Part shown: piece after piece, positions 63,720 to 64,000 of the stretch
Layout of the letters: every line of letters starts with the position of its first letter
Position numbering within the stretch: position 1 is the first letter of the stretch
NCBI GenBank assembly: GCA_964016885.1
Contig: OZ024743.1
Span: 284,828,001 to 284,892,000 of the forward strand
Length of the DNA: 64,000 bases
From: Eledone cirrhosa
Taxonomy: Eukaryota
Direction: 5' to 3'
The notes under the pieces: generated by a model
Database searches by the model: none
What the model was told of the DNA's origin: nothing
What the model saw: only the letters and a program-made list of their open reading frames with translations
Translations under genes and position numbers: made by a program

Positions 63720-63990
63720 AAGGTTAAGAAACTTTTGGGATTATTGTAAGAATTTTTTCTTCACAACCATGTAGTTCCAGTTCCAATTCCATTGCATAGC
63801 ACCTTGAGCAAGTTTCTTCTACAATAGTTTTGAGAATGGGATTTGGCAGGTAGAAACTGTGTAGAAGCCCATTATATATGTGTGTATGTGCATGTGCATG
63901 CGTGCGTATGTGTGTTTGCAGGTGTGTTGGGAAAGACTTGTCCAACCCATCCAAGCATGGAAAGGCTGAGAGAAAAGGATGATGATGATA
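63720..63990. mobile_element. SINE remnant (minus) and RTE-tail end (plus)
   Basis: GCACCTTGAGCAAG..GATTTGGCAGGTAGAAACTG block; CCAACCCATCCAAGCATGGAAAGG..(GAT)n. Confidence 0.55.
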
Positions 63991-64000
63991 ATGTATGTGT

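Overview
This is an AT-rich, microsatellite-dense eukaryotic intronic or intergenic window. The repeat content suggests an octopod cephalopod (inference). No host protein-coding gene can be supported. The only long intact ORF (52885-56535, 1216 aa) belongs to an apparently full-length Dong/R4-clade non-LTR retrotransposon (Myb-like N-terminus, RT, CCHC, restriction-like endonuclease) inserted in a (TAA)n tract, with a GC-rich structured 5' UTR. The rest of the window contains at least six decayed Dong/R4 fragments, RTE-clade LINE copies and their (GAT)n-tailed SINEs, many tRNA-headed (ATT)n-tailed SINEs, a Penelope-like GIY-YIG fragment and small DNA-transposon MITEs. The most notable hidden signals are (i) several type I hammerhead-ribozyme folds, some inside fold-back inverted duplications typical of Penelope-like pseudo-LTRs, (ii) a consistent antiparallel clustering of Dong elements and (ATT)n-tailed SINEs on shared TAA tracts, (iii) a Cys-rich finger inside the RTE reverse transcriptase, and (iv) a 252-bp templated duplication fused to a snap-back hairpin. 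Repeat boundaries were read by eye and are approximate.
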